Assembly: GCA_040285825.1 (NCBI GenBank)
Contig: JAUPSS010000008.1
Coordinates: 868,001-932,000, forward strand
Direction of reading: 5' to 3'
Origin: Eukaryota sp. TZLM1-RC
Lineage: Eukaryota > Protista > Metamonada: BaSk clade
Length of the DNA stretch: 64,000 bases
Positions 62,293 to 64,000 of the stretch are shown here, one piece after another. The position numbers and the translations under genes were made by a program. Position 1 is the first letter of the stretch; each line of letters opens with the position of its first letter. A model generated the notes under the pieces. It did no database searches, was not told where the DNA came from, and was given only the letters and a program-made list of their open reading frames with translations.

Positions 62293-63094
62293 GTTACAGA
62301 TTGCAATATTAATGAAGATGTGGTGTTGTAAATGTGAGGGAAGGGACTGATTTTTTCAGAATTTATTAACCCATATCATATCCCCACTATTTACATTTGC
62401 TTCCATCACTGCCAACATGTTGAGCAAATTATCATTGCATGCTTACAATTGAAACAACAAATGGTTCAAAACTCATCAGTTAAAAATTGTAATATCCATC
62501 ATCATTAAGTAAGATTGTCCAATTTTGAATAATTTTCTCTTTGAAAGTGTTTCAGGGTTCTTTGAATTTCATATGTTTTTGTTGTCTCCAGTCTCTTATC
62601 CAGATCTCTACCGGATCGCTGGTAACACCATTCACTGTTTTAAATCATTGATTCATCAAATCTGCAAATTTTGGACTTAAATTGGGATAAAGTTGCTGCT
62701 CAATCTTCTACAAAGTCAACCGTGTGATCATGTCAACCCATTCTCACTGATTACGTAATTTTTTATTGCAATACTGAGTTCTTGAGGTATTTCATCTCTC
62801 AATAACCTAATAGTTCTCTAATCTCTAACAACATAATGTAAGGTTAAGCGATGAGTGATGAGTGATCATTTTCGACTAATTGAGAGCAATACGCAAATTA
62901 ATTTGTGGAGAAATAGAACCAATAGTGTGTTCTTTTGATAATAATTGGTCAAATTGAATACTCAGCTGCTTTCTCAGTGGTTATTAACGTGTCAAAATTG
63001 ATATGATACATGTTCAGCAACTCAACAACCAAGAGAATACAGAAAATCATGATGATTTAAATATATATATTTATTAAACAATTTATCAATCAAC

Positions 63095-64000
63095 AACCAA
63101 ATAATCCATTTCTCCCAAAGCAAAACAACTAGATGCAATTCTCTTATAGTGAGACCCAAGAGAAAGCAAAGCATTAGAAACCAACTTCAACATCGCCTTA
63201 AAAATAGAAACACAATTCTATTTTGCCAAAACAATCTGTTGAATTTTCTGTTGGTTCTCTTTACAATCATTTTCAAAATCTGCGAAAAATCGTTAGCTGT
63301 AAAGAGCAAGTGAACCAAATAGAAAAAATACAAATGAATACAAATTGTATTTTGCATGTCATTGGGTGAACAATTTGGATAAAGGTTCACTGTATGTTTT
63401 GATTTTGAAATTTTCAGCATTTGAACGAAGATTATGAATTCCAGAATTAGCAAGCCTTTCATTTGAGACATTACAACGATCAATAGACATTACATCCACT
63501 AAAGTGAAGGATCCATCTAATCCAGGTAATAAGACATCACCTCTATTATTCATATGAAAATCATCTTCAGTATCAAACAGATTTGACAACAACGGTTCCA
63601 AATAAAGATTCAATTCTCTGAGACTTACACATACAATATAATTGGTCTCTTATAGCATCGTGGACCTTGCTTCTAAAAGCAATAAAATGTTTACCATTTA
63701 ACAATTGAGTAATTGACATTTTTCGAGAACATTTACAAATTAAATTATGAGGCAAACTATCAGGCCAGATAAAGGAACGAAATCTCTCAATAAAAGTCCA
63801 GGCAAAATCAGTTCAGAGAGTGCAATAAACTTGAGGAATGGTTGTTACTAAAGCAGAAGAAGTACTATCGCACATATCTTGTAAAAGATTTGCGAAAGCG
63901 AGATTTTTTTTCTTGTACAAATCAAGTCTAAAATCAAAATCCAATCTTTCAAAAATCTTTGACAATTTTTGTTGAAGTTTTCTACAGCAAAACTGCAAAT
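63095..64000 (-). mobile_element. CRE-like family A copy (runs off the right edge)
   Basis: Collinear with 43070-43970. Confidence 0.9.

Overview
AT-rich nuclear DNA of a microbial eukaryote using the standard code. Introns are tiny (28-39 nt, GT-AG) and all have an A at position -7, a layout reminiscent of metamonads (inference). Isolated host genes: RNase III-like, Caprin-like RGG protein, a six-intron Rab5/22-like gene missed by the ORF track, INCENP-like, a large type-I membrane protein, RPL10, legumain, Rab21, dTMP kinase, Mps1, glucosylceramide-synthase-like, TRAPPC13-like. There are also two box C/D snoRNAs and a probable H/ACA snoRNA. The rest is a nested mass of mobile elements: Ty3/Gypsy-type LTR elements with very short LTRs (105-139 bp) and 4-bp TSDs, many truncated RLE-type non-LTR retrotransposons, and relics of about three Fanzor (TnpB-like) families. 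Two candidate novel systems stand out. (1) Every 5' LTR, across three families with unrelated LTR sequences, lacks a tRNA primer-binding site and instead has a 12-nt palindrome CA-N8-TG starting at the LTR's terminal CA; its sequence differs by family but its symmetry is kept, suggesting tRNA-independent priming or dimerisation. (2) A Fanzor family has RuvC-III Asp replaced by Asn in both copies, and its long copy is directly preceded by, possibly fused to, a PolB-type 3'-5' exonuclease domain. Novelty could not be checked against databases.
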